DNA of 64,000 nt from an uncultured Thermoactinomycetaceae bacterium (GCA_937975135.1 CALJVA010000015.1:1064-65063); one strand, 5' to 3'; positions 42,460-52,591 are shown, numbered from the stretch's first letter. Program-made: numbers and translations. Notes: generated by a model from the letters alone, not told the origin.

Positions 42460-42628
42460 GTGTTATGCTCGTAATTAATTTCTTTTCCTATGTTTTCTTT
42501 TCAAAAATACGTTACAATATCAATGGTTGTTATAGAAAATAATATGATAAAACAAAAGGACCCGGGAAATTCTTTGTTTGGATCAGGATAATTCTGATTT
42601 CACTATGCCAGTAGGAGAGTAAGGGAAG

Positions 42629-43390
42629 ATGCAAAAGCGTGTTGCATGGATTACAGGTGGAGTGAAGGGGTTAGGTGCTTATATTGCTAAAAGCTTGGCT
42701 GAAGATGGATACCGGGTTGTAGTGAATTATCGGAGAAGCGCCGAAGCCGCAGACCGTTTAAAAGAAGGATTGGCAAAACAGGGATATGAAATCCTTACGC
42801 TTCAAGGGGATGTGGGTAGGGTTGAGGATGTACAGAGAATTACGAAGGAAATTCTTGATCGTTGGGGACGTCTGGATGTTTTGATTTGTGCCGCAGGTCC
42901 TTTTTTGTTCCGACGGATTTTGGCTAAAGAGACAACAGATCAACAATGGAAGGAAATGCTAGACGGAAATCTGTCCAGTGTTTTTTATTGTACACGGGAA
43001 GTGATTCCGATTATGCGCCAACAAGGGTTTGGAAGGATTATTACCTTTGGATTTTCCGGGGTAGAAGATACTCCAGCATGGTTGGGTTATTCTGCCTATG
43101 CTGCTGCCAAATCGGGGGTAGCAACCTATACTCGGACCTTGGCTTATGAGGAAGCTCCTTATGGAATTACCGTGAATATGATTATACCAGGCGATATACG
43201 CGATCCTTATAAAGAGAGTAGTATTAAAGAGGCTAGAGGGGCTGTGGATCGGAAGAATCCAGTCGGAAGGCCAGGGACTGGCGAGGATATTGCTCGGGTG
43301 GTTCGCTTTTTAATTGATTCCAATTCAGATTTTATTACTGGTGCCCTTATACCTGTAACAGGGGGGTATGATTTTCGTTCACAGAACTGA
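42629..43390 (+). CDS. short-chain dehydrogenase/reductase (FabG-like)
   Basis: Cofactor motif TGGVKGLG, the catalytic Y-x3-K (YAAAK) and PGDI are present. 253 aa. Confidence 0.85.
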   Translation: MQKRVAWITGGVKGLGAYIAKSLAEDGYRVVVNYRRSAEAADRLKEGLAKQGYEILTLQGDVGRVEDVQRITKEILDRWGRLDVLICAAGPFLFRRILAKETTDQQWKEMLDGNLSSVFYCTREVIPIMRQQGFGRIITFGFSGVEDTPAWLGYSAYAAAKSGVATYTRTLAYEEAPYGITVNMIIPGDIRDPYKESSIKEARGAVDRKNPVGRPGTGEDIARVVRFLIDSNSDFITGALIPVTGGYDFRSQN

Positions 43391-43652
43391 ATCTTCGATG
43401 AAGTTTTTACTACGATGGATACCCAAAGTGTAAGCATTACGATATAATTATAGACGATATCTGAACTGATATATACGAGCTTATAAGCATTTCATAAGAA
43501 GAAAAAAGTGAGTGAATAAGCCATAATAGATTTATGCCCTTTTCTGTTATTTTTTAGGTGGTTATACGATTCTTAAATCGTGGGATGAACAGGGTAAAAG
43601 GCGATTTTAAACAGAAAAAAAGAAAAAACGATTCGATGCAGGGGGTACACTT

Positions 43653-46004
43653 ATGGACGATAAAAAGAGGAGCAAACGCTCCTTTCCGTCCCGATTTAAC
43701 CGAGGGCGTGGATCGGCTCATCCACGGCGACCTGTTCCCAAACCGGGTTTTCGACGATTGTTTACTCTGAAATGGTTTATGCTTGTTGCCCTAACCTCAT
43801 TCTTATTGGCGATTGGCGGCTGTTTAGCAGTTATGATGTCGGCAGAAGCAATGCCACTTGAAAAGATGAACGATTTTAAGTTTGCTTCTACGATTTATGA
43901 TAAAACGGGAAAACCCGTAGCCAAGTTGGGGCCCAATCGGGAATATGTCCCCATGAATGAGATGAAATCGAAGGAATTGATCCGCAGAACCTTCGTTGCT
44001 GTGGAGGATAAGCGCTTTTATGAACATAGCGGTGTGGACTGGAAAGGGATGGCCCGTGCCGTAGTGGCTAACATTACCAAAGGTGGCGGTTCCCAGGGTG
44101 GGGGTACCATCACTATGCAGGTGGCGCGAAACATTATCCTCGAAGAGCGGGAGAAAACGCTTAGTCGAAAGTTGAGAGAGATTGGAATCGCTTGGGGACT
44201 GGAGATTGATCATTCAAAAGATGAAATTTTGGATGCCTATCTCAATTATATCGATTTTGGAAATCAGGCGATGGGTATCCAAATGGCCTCTAAAATTTAT
44301 TTTGATAAAGATTTGACCAAGGATGAGCTGGAGCCCCAAGAGGTTGCGCTCCTGGCAGGGTTACCAAAAGCAACAACCACTTATAATCCCTATCTCAATC
44401 CTGATAAAGCAAAACAGCGACGTAATGTAGTCCTTATGCTGATGGCGGAACAAGGGATTATAACAGAAGAAGAAAAGAAAAAATACCAAAAGATGGACCT
44501 TGGTGTGAACAAAAAGTACTTGTCAAAACATATGAAGTTTGACGAGTTCCAAGCATATCGGCAATATGTGCTTTCCGAAGCGAAAGAGCGATATGGCTTG
44601 TCAGAGGAAGACCTGATTCTTGGAGGCTATGATATTCATACCCATCTCAATCCTAAGGCGCAAAAAGCGATGGAAACCGCATTGAAGGATCCAGCCATGT
44701 ATCATAACCATCAAGATCTCGATGGTGGTGCTACGATGATTGATGCCAAGACTGGTGGCATCGCAGCGATTGGTGGCGGACGCCGATACATGGGACGTGG
44801 CTATCCGATTCGAGCCTTGGAGAAGATGCAGCCCGGATCTTCTCTTAAACCGATTACCATTTATGCGCCTGTTGTTGAAGAGAAGGGCTATCATAGCTAT
44901 ACCATGGTAAAGGATCCTCCAGGATTTTCAGTTGGCAATTGGAAACCACAAAATTACCAACGGCAATATTATAATGAATTACCGATGCAGGATGCCGTGG
45001 CGAAATCTCTAAACGTGGCGGCAGGATGGCTATTGTACAATGAGATTGGTATGGAAAAAGCCGTTGAGTATGCGGAAAAAGCGGGAATCCGACTCAGTGA
45101 ACAAGATAAATCTTCACCAGCGGCATTGGCTCTGGGAGGAATGACGGTTGGAGAAAATACACTACATATGGCCCAGGGCTATATGGGTTTTGCAAACAAT
45201 GGAAAAATGACTCCCGCCCATGCAATCAAAAAAATTACTTATAAAGGGGAACTGAAGGAGCCACTGAAAGAATTAAAAAAGAACCAGCAGCTCTACAGTC
45301 CCAAAACGGCATATTATATGACCTTGATGTTAAAATATAATGTTCACTCCGGACAAGGAACTGGAAGTAATGCACGACTTCCCGACGGACGAGATGTAGC
45401 GGGTAAGACTGGAACAACCCAAGGGAGTAAGCAAGCTTGGTTCGTTGGTTATACCAATGAATATGTAATGGCTGCGGTCGTTTTTAATACAAAGTCCAGT
45501 AATACGATCCCATTAAGTGGTGGACAATATCCTGCTCGGATTTTTCAGCGAGTAATGGCAGAAACGTTGTCAGGAACACCTGTATCTAAATTTGAACGAC
45601 CAAAGGGAGTGGAAGATCCTTTTCAATTAAGAGCCGTCAATGATTTGCGGGGTAGTTACAACGCTTCATCTAATGTAGTAAATTTAACTTGGACCAATTA
45701 CCATGAACGGGTAAAATACCGGGTGGAACGTTCAGAGGATGGTTCAGATTGGCAAGCGTTGACGGAGACAGAACAGGGAAGTTTTACCGATAGTAACATT
45801 GTAGCTCCAGGTAGCGGGGGATTGTTTGAAACCCTTTTTGGTGGAGGCGGACCTCAGCAGTATTATTACCGGGTAGTAGCAGTGGATAAAAGAACAGGAA
45901 ATGAAGCAGGGGCCTCCAATTCCGTCGTAATCACGATCACAAAGTCAGAGGAACAGCGTGATCAGGATTATGATGACGATGACGATGATGATGACGATGA
46001 TTAA
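43653..46004 (+). CDS. class A penicillin-binding protein (GT51 + transpeptidase) with one Fn3-like module and poly-Asp tail
   Basis: A basic N-tail plus TM is followed by GT51 motifs VAVEDKRFYEHSGVD and RKLRE, and transpeptidase motifs SSLK, SLN and KTGT. The C-terminus has VNDLRGSYNASSNVVNLTWT...YRVERSEDGSDWQ and ends in D10. Confidence 0.92.
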   Translation: MDDKKRSKRSFPSRFNRGRGSAHPRRPVPKPGFRRLFTLKWFMLVALTSFLLAIGGCLAVMMSAEAMPLEKMNDFKFASTIYDKTGKPVAKLGPNREYVPMNEMKSKELIRRTFVAVEDKRFYEHSGVDWKGMARAVVANITKGGGSQGGGTITMQVARNIILEEREKTLSRKLREIGIAWGLEIDHSKDEILDAYLNYIDFGNQAMGIQMASKIYFDKDLTKDELEPQEVALLAGLPKATTTYNPYLNPDKAKQRRNVVLMLMAEQGIITEEEKKKYQKMDLGVNKKYLSKHMKFDEFQAYRQYVLSEAKERYGLSEEDLILGGYDIHTHLNPKAQKAMETALKDPAMYHNHQDLDGGATMIDAKTGGIAAIGGGRRYMGRGYPIRALEKMQPGSSLKPITIYAPVVEEKGYHSYTMVKDPPGFSVGNWKPQNYQRQYYNELPMQDAVAKSLNVAAGWLLYNEIGMEKAVEYAEKAGIRLSEQDKSSPAALALGGMTVGENTLHMAQGYMGFANNGKMTPAHAIKKITYKGELKEPLKELKKNQQLYSPKTAYYMTLMLKYNVHSGQGTGSNARLPDGRDVAGKTGTTQGSKQAWFVGYTNEYVMAAVVFNTKSSNTIPLSGGQYPARIFQRVMAETLSGTPVSKFERPKGVEDPFQLRAVNDLRGSYNASSNVVNLTWTNYHERVKYRVERSEDGSDWQALTETEQGSFTDSNIVAPGSGGLFETLFGGGGPQQYYYRVVAVDKRTGNEAGASNSVVITITKSEEQRDQDYDDDDDDDDDD

Positions 46005-46348
46005 ACGAAAAAGAATCATGAGCAAGCCTAGGGACCGGCAGCAATGTCGGTCCTCTCTCCTTCATAAAATAGGATGGCTTTACGAGTAAAATAAGAAGTA
46101 TTGTGCTTGGCTTCAAGGAAAGTTTCTAGTAAAATAAATGAATAACCGAAGATCTTTTAAATTATTTTAGTAGATTTGGGTTATTATAAAAAAATTACCT
46201 TTATTAGGCATTTTCGGATGTTGCGATGAATCACTTTTGGGGATATGTATAGGTTGGTAAACATACCCCGATTTAGAAAACTTTATTACATTGATTTTAC
46301 ATTAACAATTCAAAAAGAGAATAACGTTAATTTACAGGGGGTTCCAAG

Positions 46349-48961
46349 ATGGAGGAATTTGGCCGGGGAAATAACTCCATTCCTTCTCGCTCTAGTCGAG
46401 AGCGGTTGTCACGCTCTTCGCGAATCAAAAAGGGAAAAAAGAAAGGTTGGCGACGTTATTTTAATTTAAAGTGGATCTCTATTGCCTTACTAACTGGTAT
46501 TTTAGGCGTTTTTGGCTGGGCCTTATCAATTATTTTCTCTGCGGAAAGTCAGCCGATCGATAACATGGATAAGATTGAGTTTTCATCCAATATTTATGAT
46601 GGAAGCGGCAAGCAGATTGCCAAATTGGGCCCTAACCGTGAATTGGTTTCCCTCGATGATATTAAATCTAAAGATCTGGTTATGAAAACGTTTATTGCTG
46701 TAGAAGACCGACGTTTTCTTGACCATGGTGGGGTAGATTGGAAAGGAATGATGCGGGCCGTAGCAGCGAACCTCCGCAAAGGTGGAAAAGCTGAAGGTGG
46801 AGGTACCATTACCATGCAGGTAGCCCGTAACATTGTTCTGGACGAACGACAAAAAACCTTTACCCGGAAGCTGAAGGAAGTAGGCGTAGCGTGGGAATTG
46901 GAAAGAAATTATAGCAAAGAAGAGATCTTGGAAGCCTATCTTAACTTTATTGATTTGGGGAACCAAGTGATGGGCTTAAAGATGGCTGCAAAAATTTATT
47001 TTGACAAGGATATTACCAAAGATGAGTTAGAGCCGCAGGAAATTGCTTTACTTGCGGGTCTTCCGAAAGCTCCTACAACTTATAATCCCTACCTGAATCC
47101 TGAACGAGCAAAAGAGCGGCGCAATGTCGTGCTAATGGTTATGGCTGAGCAGGGGGTTATTTCCCAGGCTGACAAAGAGAAGTATCAAAAGATGGATCTG
47201 GGAGTAAATAAAGAGTACTTAACAAAGTACCTGAAAGATGACGATTATCAACCCTACAAACAATATGTTATTAGTGAAGCAAAAAAGAGGTACGATATTG
47301 ACGAAACGGATTTGACTACAGGTGGATATGATATTTATACACATTTAGTTCCGGAAGCCCAACAAGAAATTAATACAGTTATTAAAGATGATGAAATTTA
47401 CCAGAATCATGAGCAGTTGGATGGTGGAGCTACCATACTTGATGTTAAGACAGGGGGAATTGTAGCTGTAGCCGGTGGTCGTAGATACCAGGGTCGAGGC
47501 TTTCCTTTACGAGCTACAGCAAAGGTGCAGCCTGGTTCGACGATTAAACCCATCACTGTATATGCACCTGCAGTAGAAAAGCATGGTTATGATGAGTATA
47601 CCCTTGTGGATGACTCCCCAGATTTTAAAATTGGTGAATGGAAGCCACAAAACGTTCAACGAACTCACTATGGCAAGGTACCATTGCAGGAAGTTCTGAA
47701 TAAGTCTTTAAACGTTGCTACCGCTTCCTTGCTTTACAATACCGTAAAACTTCCAACAGCGGCTGAATATGCAGAGCGATTGGGATTGGAGCTCGATCCC
47801 AAAGATAAGGAGTCTTATTCCGCCTTAGCCTTGGGAGGACTCACATACGGCGAGACCACTGTGAACATGGCTCAGGCTTACTCCGCTTTTGCCAACCATG
47901 GGAAAATGACTCCGGCACATGCGATTAAAGAAATCAAATATAATGGAAAAACAAAAGAACCCACTGTTCCTTTAGAAAAGGATAAGCAGGTGTTGGAGCC
48001 AAAAACAGCATGGTATATGACTCGGATGATGAAAGACAATATGGTGAATGGAACAGGGGTTGAAGCACGCTTAGAAGGGCGAGATTCAGCAGGAAAAACG
48101 GGAACTACCCAGAAGAGTAAAGAAGCGTGGTTTGTTGGGTATACCTGTGATTATGTCATGGCAGCTACAGTTTTTAACACAGATAGTAAGAACTTGATTG
48201 AGCTGACGGGTGGCGGGTATCCAGGAAGAATGTTTAATAAGGTAATGACCGCGATTCATGAAGGAAAACCGCCTTGTCAGTTTCAACGACCACCTGGGGT
48301 AGAAGATCCCAAACCCCCTGTCGAGATTAAGCCAGTAAATGATTTACGGGCTCAATATCAAGAAGAGGGCCATGTCGTCCGACTTACTTGGACGGAAGTC
48401 GGAGAGGCAGGGCAGGTTGAATATACTCTGGAGCGTTCAGAGAATCAGAGAGATTGGCAAACCATCGGTAAAGTATCTGGTGGGGAGTATTTAGACCGAG
48501 GATTACCACCACCTACAGAGGAGCCGAAGCGTTATTTTTACCGTCTGGTGGTTAAGGAAGTAGATTCAGGAGAAGAAAATCACTCCAATGTAGCTTCCGT
48601 TGATGTAATGATTGGAACAGAATTGCCAGATGATGAGGAGGATCCTACACAGCTTGATCCTGTATCTGATCTAACCGCTAGACAGCTAGGTTTACGTAGA
48701 GTAAACCTTTCTTGGAGTCGGCATGAGCAAAGAGGTGTTACCTATATTGTGCAGCGTTCCACAGGAAATGGGGATTGGGTACCTGTGACCAGTGGAATAC
48801 CACAAAATAATTATACTGATACATTGCCTCCTAACCCACCTGCCTCAGGGCGCTATGTCTACCGAGTCATTGCAGTGTATGAAGGAGTGCAATCGGAACC
48901 GTCCAATGAAGTAACCATTCAACTAAGACCATCAATCCCCGGTAATCCGGGAGACGAATAA
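46349..48961 (+). CDS. class A penicillin-binding protein paralogue with two Fn3-like modules
   Basis: Architecture matches the upstream gene (IAVEDRRFLDHGGVD, STIK, SLN, KTGT). Two C-terminal repeats are present (VNDLRAQYQEEGHVVRLTWT..., VSDLTARQLGLRRVNLSWS...). Confidence 0.92.
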   Translation: MEEFGRGNNSIPSRSSRERLSRSSRIKKGKKKGWRRYFNLKWISIALLTGILGVFGWALSIIFSAESQPIDNMDKIEFSSNIYDGSGKQIAKLGPNRELVSLDDIKSKDLVMKTFIAVEDRRFLDHGGVDWKGMMRAVAANLRKGGKAEGGGTITMQVARNIVLDERQKTFTRKLKEVGVAWELERNYSKEEILEAYLNFIDLGNQVMGLKMAAKIYFDKDITKDELEPQEIALLAGLPKAPTTYNPYLNPERAKERRNVVLMVMAEQGVISQADKEKYQKMDLGVNKEYLTKYLKDDDYQPYKQYVISEAKKRYDIDETDLTTGGYDIYTHLVPEAQQEINTVIKDDEIYQNHEQLDGGATILDVKTGGIVAVAGGRRYQGRGFPLRATAKVQPGSTIKPITVYAPAVEKHGYDEYTLVDDSPDFKIGEWKPQNVQRTHYGKVPLQEVLNKSLNVATASLLYNTVKLPTAAEYAERLGLELDPKDKESYSALALGGLTYGETTVNMAQAYSAFANHGKMTPAHAIKEIKYNGKTKEPTVPLEKDKQVLEPKTAWYMTRMMKDNMVNGTGVEARLEGRDSAGKTGTTQKSKEAWFVGYTCDYVMAATVFNTDSKNLIELTGGGYPGRMFNKVMTAIHEGKPPCQFQRPPGVEDPKPPVEIKPVNDLRAQYQEEGHVVRLTWTEVGEAGQVEYTLERSENQRDWQTIGKVSGGEYLDRGLPPPTEEPKRYFYRLVVKEVDSGEENHSNVASVDVMIGTELPDDEEDPTQLDPVSDLTARQLGLRRVNLSWSRHEQRGVTYIVQRSTGNGDWVPVTSGIPQNNYTDTLPPNPPASGRYVYRVIAVYEGVQSEPSNEVTIQLRPSIPGNPGDE

Positions 48962-48971
48962 AGATCACTTT

Positions 48972-49000
48972 AAGACCAGTCATAGGACTGGTCTTTTTTT
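48972..49000 (+). terminator. intrinsic terminator
   Basis: Stem aagaccagtc / gactggtctt followed by ttttt. Confidence 0.85.
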
Positions 49001-49086
49001 ATGAAAACTGGAAGGTTGTTCTATTGATGTTAGATCATCAATAAACTACTCCATAGGACATGTTGATACAAGAAAGGGAGTTAAGG

Positions 49087-50130
49087 GTGAAGGAGAAATG
49101 GTTTCCGGCGGCTCGTGTGGGGTTTACCTATATCGGAACAGTAGTCGGAGCGGGGTTTGCATCGGGCCAAGAGATATTGCAGTTTTTCACAGTGTACGGT
49201 ATGGGAGGAATATGGGGGATTTTTGTGGCTCTATTTTTGTTTGGATGGCTAGGGACGCGGATGATGATCATGGGGGCCCGACTTAATGCAAGTTCCTATG
49301 AAGTATTTAACCAATACTTATTTGGGCCACGGTGGGGTAAATGGATGAATGGTTTTGTCGGGATTATACTGTTTGGTGTTACGACGGCAATGATGTCTGG
49401 AACAGGAGCTCTTTTCTCAGAACAGATTAAGCTTTCCTTTCATTTTGGAGTTTTGTTTACGGCATTAATAGCTTATCTTGTGATCCATCGTGGAATGGAA
49501 GGGATCTTATCAGCAAACTCTTTTATTGTCCCGCTCATGCTATTGTTTACAATTTTAGTTGGAATTACTGGTTGGCAAAGTGGAGAGGTACAGGCGTTAT
49601 TCACTTCCAATTCTACTTTGGAGCAAAAAAGTTGGCTCGTATCAGCGATTACTTATGTTGCTTTTAACCTTGCGATGTCCCAAGCAGTTCTTGTTCCTAT
49701 GGGAGGAGAAATTGGGGATGAGAAAGTGTTGCGGCTTGGGGGTTGGTTGGGTGGCATTATTTTAGGTGTCATGTTACTGGCCAGTAATATCGCTTTAGGA
49801 ACTAAAATGCCGAATATACTGGAGCTGGAGATTCCCATTGCTTCTGTCATAGCAACTTTGGGAGAAGGGATGAAATACTTTTTTCTAGCCGTTATGTGGG
49901 GAGAAATTTTTACTACATTGATTGGCAATGTATACGGATTGGCTGCAAATCTGAATGAATGGTTACCCTTTCGAATGAACAGCATCATACTGATGATTTT
50001 CATCCTAGGTTATTTGTGTTCTCTGATTGGATTTCCCGTTTTTATCGGCTATATTTATCCGTTTTTTGGATATTGCGGATTAGTCGTAATCCTCCTGTTG
50101 GTTGTACGACGTTTTCCGAAGTATTCGTAG
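49087..50130 (+). CDS. YkvI-family polytopic membrane protein (putative transporter)
   Basis: FTYIGTVVGAGFASGQEILQFF is the characteristic YkvI N-terminal motif. The protein has about 11 TM segments. GTG 49087 follows SD aagggag. Confidence 0.7.
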   Translation: MKEKWFPAARVGFTYIGTVVGAGFASGQEILQFFTVYGMGGIWGIFVALFLFGWLGTRMMIMGARLNASSYEVFNQYLFGPRWGKWMNGFVGIILFGVTTAMMSGTGALFSEQIKLSFHFGVLFTALIAYLVIHRGMEGILSANSFIVPLMLLFTILVGITGWQSGEVQALFTSNSTLEQKSWLVSAITYVAFNLAMSQAVLVPMGGEIGDEKVLRLGGWLGGIILGVMLLASNIALGTKMPNILELEIPIASVIATLGEGMKYFFLAVMWGEIFTTLIGNVYGLAANLNEWLPFRMNSIILMIFILGYLCSLIGFPVFIGYIYPFFGYCGLVVILLLVVRRFPKYS

Positions 50131-50283
50131 GAAAGGTTGCGGTGAAAGAATACGCCATGGAAGCGTTGGTGATTGCAACGCTTCTATGGCGGAAGGAGAT
50201 GATTGGCGAAACACTTTAACCAATCGAATTCGGGCTGATATTTTAGACTGTTTTGGAGTTAGGTAAAAGAGGGAAGTGAGATT

Positions 50284-50835
50284 ATGTCTGTATTATTTTC
50301 TCTAATGATCTCCTATGGGATAGGGATGATTCCCCTCTCTCAGTTCATCTTAGGAATGGGCTATCATCGTCGAATGGGAAGATACCCTGGAGTTGCTGGA
50401 AGAAGAGTATTAGAAGCAGTCATTGATATTCTCAAAGGCATGTTGGCCACCTATATTGGACTGCATTTGGGAGGATGGATCGGGGCCAGTCTGTCGGCAC
50501 TGGGGGTAGTTTTAGGACATACATATCCCTTAATTATGTTGAAAGGAGTCAATAGAGGAAGTAGTGCCGTGGCAGCTGGAGCACTTTTTGTTTTAAGTCC
50601 TCTTGTGATTACGATAGGATTGATCGTTTTTTTAGTTAGCCTGCTACTTACCCGCTATGTTACATTTTCTACGCTGTTAACCATCCCTGTCGTTGTTTTG
50701 GTAACTTTATTTTTGTCTGCTAAATTTCTCGTTGTGACAATAACCTTTTGTTTAGCAGGGGTGATTCTATTTCGAGAGCGAAATAGTGTAAAGCGCTGGC
50801 GTAGAGGTGCAGAACTTCCGTTTCGGTTTAAGTAA
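50284..50835 (+). CDS. PlsY-family membrane protein, divergent (lacks the GSGNxGATN motif)
   Basis: It is collinear with PlsY (IDILKGMLATY, LGHTYPL, KG..RGSSAVAAGALFVLSP, RERNSVKRW). The region between TM1 and TM2 reads HRRMGRYPGVAGRRV. Confidence 0.65.
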   Translation: MSVLFSLMISYGIGMIPLSQFILGMGYHRRMGRYPGVAGRRVLEAVIDILKGMLATYIGLHLGGWIGASLSALGVVLGHTYPLIMLKGVNRGSSAVAAGALFVLSPLVITIGLIVFLVSLLLTRYVTFSTLLTIPVVVLVTLFLSAKFLVVTITFCLAGVILFRERNSVKRWRRGAELPFRFK

Positions 50836-50854
50836 GATTGGAAGTGTGATCTGA

Positions 50855-51670
50855 TTACGAAAAAAGAGTATGTTGAGATGATACAGCAAAAGTAACTTTG
50901 TACCCTGCGTGCCGTCGCATATTTAAGACGCCTGTATCGAGAATTAAATATTGAGCTTTAATTCCTAGGAGTAAACCAGTTACTTTAGGCTCTTTATCTA
51001 AATTAAGAGCTGTTATTTTTTCAGGGGTAGCAAGGGATGGATAAGTAAATTGTTGGACCGGCTCATCCGTGAGTAAATAGGTTTGAAACTTTTCAGGGAT
51101 TACTTCATATAAAGATTCCCTGACCTCCTCCAAATTTTTTGGCACAATTTCATTTTTTAGCATTTTCCTCCAATTTGTTCGGTCGGCTACATATTGAGAT
51201 AAATAAATTTCCAGTTCCCCGGCTGATTTTCGGTTAGGTAGTTCGGCGATTGGTAGAGCGGATACCGCTCCTTGGTCCATCCAGCGACGGAAGGCATTTT
51301 CCTTACGTGTAATTCCAACTTTTACGTCACTGCTTAAGGCAAGATAAACATAATGTTTTTGCATACAGTATTGTTCGCCAAAAGTATCATCCCGGCAAGT
51401 CCCCTGATCAAAATGACACAGATTCGGCTTGACGATACATAAATCGTTTTCAGGTAAAACTTTAAAACAGCGATAGCAATAGCCATTATTATAGGTTTTT
51501 TTGATTTTACGGCCACAGTGGCAGCATGCTTTCTCACCCATGTAGGTAATGTGTATTTTATTTCCTAATAAAGGATTTAAAGGTATCTGAGTTTGATCAA
51601 GAAGCGCATAGTAAGTGATGGGATGAGCGTACTGATGCTGTAGCGGACGGAGAAATCCTATTTCTTTCAA
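50855..51670 (-). CDS. DUF2797 domain protein (Zn-ribbon-like Cys clusters)
   Basis: 271 aa with Cys clusters CCHCGRKIKKTYNNGYCYRCF and CHFDQGTC. This is the pattern I associate with DUF2797. Confidence 0.6.
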   Translation of the reverse strand: MKEIGFLRPLQHQYAHPITYYALLDQTQIPLNPLLGNKIHITYMGEKACCHCGRKIKKTYNNGYCYRCFKVLPENDLCIVKPNLCHFDQGTCRDDTFGEQYCMQKHYVYLALSSDVKVGITRKENAFRRWMDQGAVSALPIAELPNRKSAGELEIYLSQYVADRTNWRKMLKNEIVPKNLEEVRESLYEVIPEKFQTYLLTDEPVQQFTYPSLATPEKITALNLDKEPKVTGLLLGIKAQYLILDTGVLNMRRHAGYKVTFAVSSQHTLFS

Positions 51671-51892
51671 AACCGTATCTCCTCTTTCTTTCTACCATTC
51701 ATCATATCTTTTTATTAAGTGTTCTTAAGATGATCATATAATGAGAGGAAAAACGGTGCAAGGAATTAAGATGGCGAATCTGGAAAGACGGATCAATTGA
51801 TTTTTGTCGTAAAAAGGAGTTTTTTTATAAAAATAATGAGTAAGAGAGAAAAAATGAATAAAGTGTGGTTTAATTAAGTAGAGGTGAACAAT

Positions 51893-52126
51893 ATGAATCA
51901 CAAAAAAAATAAAGAAGAGATCAATTCTAATAGTATTGTAAGTTATTATCAAAGTGGGTGGTCAGTGGTCGAAATAGCAGCAGAAGCCGAATGTAAGGTG
52001 AAAGATGTGTTACGCACATTGCAGGAGCACAATGTCACAATCAAAGAGGAGCACTTACAGGAAGCAGAATCCCATCTGGAGATGGAAAATGAACTTGGTT
52101 TTCATATACTTTCAAGAGCAAAGTAG
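51893..52126 (+). CDS. small protein with putative helix-turn-helix
   Basis: SD gaggtg lies 6 nt before ATG 51893. SIVSYYQSGWSVVEIAAEAECKVKDVLRTL resembles a resolvase-type HTH. The ORF-track start is 51884. Confidence 0.4.
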   Translation: MNHKKNKEEINSNSIVSYYQSGWSVVEIAAEAECKVKDVLRTLQEHNVTIKEEHLQEAESHLEMENELGFHILSRAK

Positions 52127-52270
52127 AGCTTTTGATGAGACAACAATACGCTAAGAGTGTATTAAAAATCATTTCAATCAAGTAGAGTACCAGGTATACC
52201 TTGAAATGAATGCTCATCTACAAGCTTTTATGGTTGCGAAATTGAGACAAAAAAGAGAGGAGAATGTTTT

Positions 52271-52591
52271 ATGATCGTTGTAACAACAGAACAGGTCGCA
52301 GGTCATAAGATTCGAGAAGTGAAAGGGCCCGTCTTTGGAGTAGTAGTACGTGCTCGAGGTTTGGGGGGAGATATAGTTGCATTTTTTCGCGGTTTAATTG
52401 GTGGAGAGGTAAAGGAATATACGGCGATGTTAGAGGATGCTCGTAGGCAGGCGATTGATCGGATGATTCAAAATGCGACGGCTATGGGAGCCAATGCGGT
52501 AACCATGGTCCGCTTTGACTCCAGTACAGTGGCCAGTAATATGAGTGAAGTGATTGCTTATGGTACTGCAGTGGTGATCGAAGAGGAATGA
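52271..52591 (+). CDS. YbjQ/UPF0145 family protein
   Basis: MIVVTTEQVAGHKIREVKGPVFGVVVRARG...ANAVTMVRFD is the typical YbjQ fold signature. 106 aa. Confidence 0.85.
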   Translation: MIVVTTEQVAGHKIREVKGPVFGVVVRARGLGGDIVAFFRGLIGGEVKEYTAMLEDARRQAIDRMIQNATAMGANAVTMVRFDSSTVASNMSEVIAYGTAVVIEEE

